From: an uncultured archaeon
GTDB lineage: Archaea > Nanobdellota > Nanobdellia > Woesearchaeales > CAIVOO01
DNA: 44,848 bases
Assembly (NCBI GenBank): GCA_963845175.1
Contig: CAWJRI010000006.1
Coordinates: 1 to 44,848 of the forward strand
Reading direction: 5' to 3'
Position 1 is the first letter of the stretch. Each line of letters opens with the position of its first letter. Below, in pieces: positions 43,264 to 44,848 of this stretch. A program made the translations under genes and the position numbers. The notes beneath the pieces are model-generated. The model saw only the letters and a list, made by a program, of their open reading frames with translations, was not told the origin of the DNA and ran no database searches.

Positions 43264-43614
43264 TGCATGTCAAATCTTTTGCCGATGCCAAGCCTTACGA
43301 GGCGCCGAATCATCGCGGCGTAGTGGGTCTGCGGCTCCAGGGATTCGAGCCCGGCGGCCCGACCAATCAATGGGTCGGCCTCTCGCAGTTCCTCCCGGGC
43401 GGCGGTGCCGGGCCCGATTTCGACGCCTTTCGAAAAAGTCTATGTCGTCATTGAAGGCGAGATGACGTTGATCGTCGGCGGCCAGGAGACAATTCTGAAA
43501 CGCTACGATTCCTGCACGATTGCGCCCGCAGAGGTGCGCGAACTGGTCAATCGCACGAACCACACCGCAACGATGCTGGTCGTCATCCCCTATCCGCCGG
43601 GAACGCAGCCATGA
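43263..43614 (+). pseudogene. cupin-domain protein with one frameshift
   Basis: MHVKSFADAKPYEAPNHRGVVGLRLQG...QFLPGGGAGPDFDAF, then in another frame EKVYVVIEGEMTLIVGGQETILKRYDSCTIAPAEVRELVN. The break is at about 43427-43432. The start overlaps the cyclase stop (ATGA-like TGATG). Confidence 0.65.
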
Positions 43615-44413
43615 GTTCGGATTTCTTGAAAAACCCCCTTTCGCTGTTCGACATCAAAGGAAAGGTCGCGATCATAGCGGGCGCTTCCGGAGCTTTCGGG
43701 GCGCTTGCGGCCCAAGTTCTCGCCGGCGCCGGATGCCGGCTCGTGCTCGCCGCCGGCAATGCCTCTGCGCTGCAGAATGTTGCGCAAAGCTGCCGCGAAG
43801 CGGGCGCCGAAGTTGAGGCGGTGAATTTGCGTCCCAATTCCGAAGAGGCCTGCCAAAAATCGTTGAGGCGGGCACTATGCGCTTCGGCCGTGTCGATATT
43901 CTCGTTGTCGCCTCCGGCAAGAATGACGTCGGCAAGATTACCGATATGACGCCTTCTCGCTTCCTCGACGTGATGGATGCCAATGTCACGCAATCCTGGC
44001 TGATGGCGCGAGCCGCGACGCGGCAAATGCTGGCCCAGGGCGAGGGCGGCAAGATCGTACTGATGTCGTCGGCTCGTGGCTTGCTCGGCCATCCGGCGGG
44101 TTATACCGCTTATTGCGCCTCGAAATCGGCGGTTGACGGCATGACCAAGGCGTTTGGTTGCGAACTTGGCGGCAGCGGCATTACGGTCAATGCCATTGCG
44201 CCGACTGTATTCCGGTCGCCGCTGACCGCCTGGATGTTCGAAGAGACCGACCAGGCCAAAACGGTGCGCCAGGGTTTTTTGAGCCGGGTTCCGAAGGGTC
44301 GGCTCGGCGAACCGGAGGATCTCGCGGGGCCGTTGCTCTTTCTCGCCTCGGCGGCATCGAATTTTTACACGGGCCACGTCCTTTATGCGGACGGCGGCTA
44401 TACGGCAGGCTGA
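43611..44413 (+). pseudogene. short-chain dehydrogenase/reductase (SDR) with one frameshift in an A5 run
   Basis: GKVAIIAGASGAFG (TGxxxGxG-like). After a frame change at the A5 run 43854-43858 it continues KIVEAGTMRFGRVDILVVASG, then MSSARG, catalytic YxxxK (YCASKSAV) and P-G ... GHVLYADGGYTAG. Confidence 0.8.
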
Positions 44414-44414
44414 A

Positions 44415-44848
44415 ATGGCGGGCAAGGCGCGGATTGCCATCCTCGGCGCCGGGCTCATGGGCCACGGCATCGCTCAGGTCTTTGCGCGGCACGGCCACAA
44501 CGTGCGCGTTTACGATGCGACAGGCCTCGCGCACACGCTTCGCGAGCGGATCCAGAGCAATCTGCGCGACCTAGGACGAGGCCATTGATCGCGTTGCCCT
44601 GTCGCAAGCGTCAAAGAGGCGGTCGTTGCGGATGCCGATTTCATTATCGAAGTCCGTCCGAAAATCTAGGTGTCAAACGGGCGATTTTCGGCAATCGGAT
44701 CCCTCGCGCGCAGGATGCGATCATCGCCAGCAATACCTCGGTCATTCCGATCGCCTCGATCGAGGAGGTTCCGCGATCGATCGCGTGCATGCTCGGCACG
44801 CATTGGTGGAACCCGCCTTTCCTTCGTGCCCTCATTTCCTCAAATAGT
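44415..44848 (+). pseudogene. 3-hydroxyacyl-CoA dehydrogenase (NAD-binding domain), frame-broken and running off the window
   Basis: MAGKARIAILGAGLMGHGIAQVFARHGHNVRVYD is a Rossmann GxGxxG. In another frame it continues DADFIIE, then ENLGVKRAIFGN...DAIIASNTSVIPIASI...MLGTHWWNPPFL. Confidence 0.7.

Noticed and set aside
43583-44470. 295-aa minus-strand ORF in the GC-rich block
   Set aside because: It is antisense to the SDR, whose TGxxxGxG, YxxxK and C-terminal motifs are all on the + strand. This is the same GC-rich artefact.
40650-44848. GC-rich block as a genuine horizontally acquired island in the archaeon
   Set aside because: The block shows no amelioration and has bacterial RBSs. It has truncated genes at the junction, no integration hallmarks and pervasive frameshifts. 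It was kept as a finding to be tested, but chimera or contamination is favoured.

Overview
The window is a composite of two very different sequences.

**Archaeal part (1 to ~40,610).** This stretch is visibly AT-rich and archaeal. The markers are TFB, RpoH, split RpoB'/B'' and RpoA'/A'', L30e, a KH-type NusA, BRE/TATA promoters about 25 nt upstream of start codons, and BHB-type tRNA introns.
- The gene content looks like a small-genome, DPANN-like episymbiont, but that is inference. There are many surface or secreted proteins with class III (KRGQ/KRAQ) signal peptides and little metabolism beyond a glycogen/starch island.
- The backbone landmark is the conserved minus-strand cluster tRNA-Asp, tRNA-Lys, rpoH, rpoB'', rpoB', rpoA', rpoA'', rpl30e, nusA, rps12, rps7 (28.3-37.7 kb).

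**GC-rich part (~40,650 to 44,848).** The sequence switches abruptly to GC-rich, bacterium-like DNA with AGGAGG Shine-Dalgarno sites. It carries a DctP-type TRAP binding protein, IclR, a cyclase, a cupin, an SDR and a 3-hydroxyacyl-CoA dehydrogenase. Almost every gene there is frame-broken. The junction truncates a gene on each side, so an assembly chimera is the most economical reading.

**Candidates for something new:**
1. Two tandem two-gene modules at 2.0-9.9 kb, each pairing a class III signal-peptide protein with a large secreted protein. They flank an RHH regulator and tandem HExxH proteins.
2. A shared GTTACT/AGTAAC palindrome next to near-identical BRE/TATA boxes at three surface-protein loci.
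3. A tightly overlap-coupled five-gene operon at 23.9-26.6 kb, made of a GH15 enzyme, three small divergent paralogs and a possible JAB/MPN+ protease.
4. tRNA-Asp with two introns and tRNA-Lys with one, sharing an unusual T-loop intron position.

**Sequence-integrity oddities:**
- Six frame breaks are clustered inside essential rpoB''.
- Rad50 is split at an A-run.
- There is no stop codon between rpoH and rpoB''.

No CRISPR array, rRNA gene or obvious mobile element was seen.
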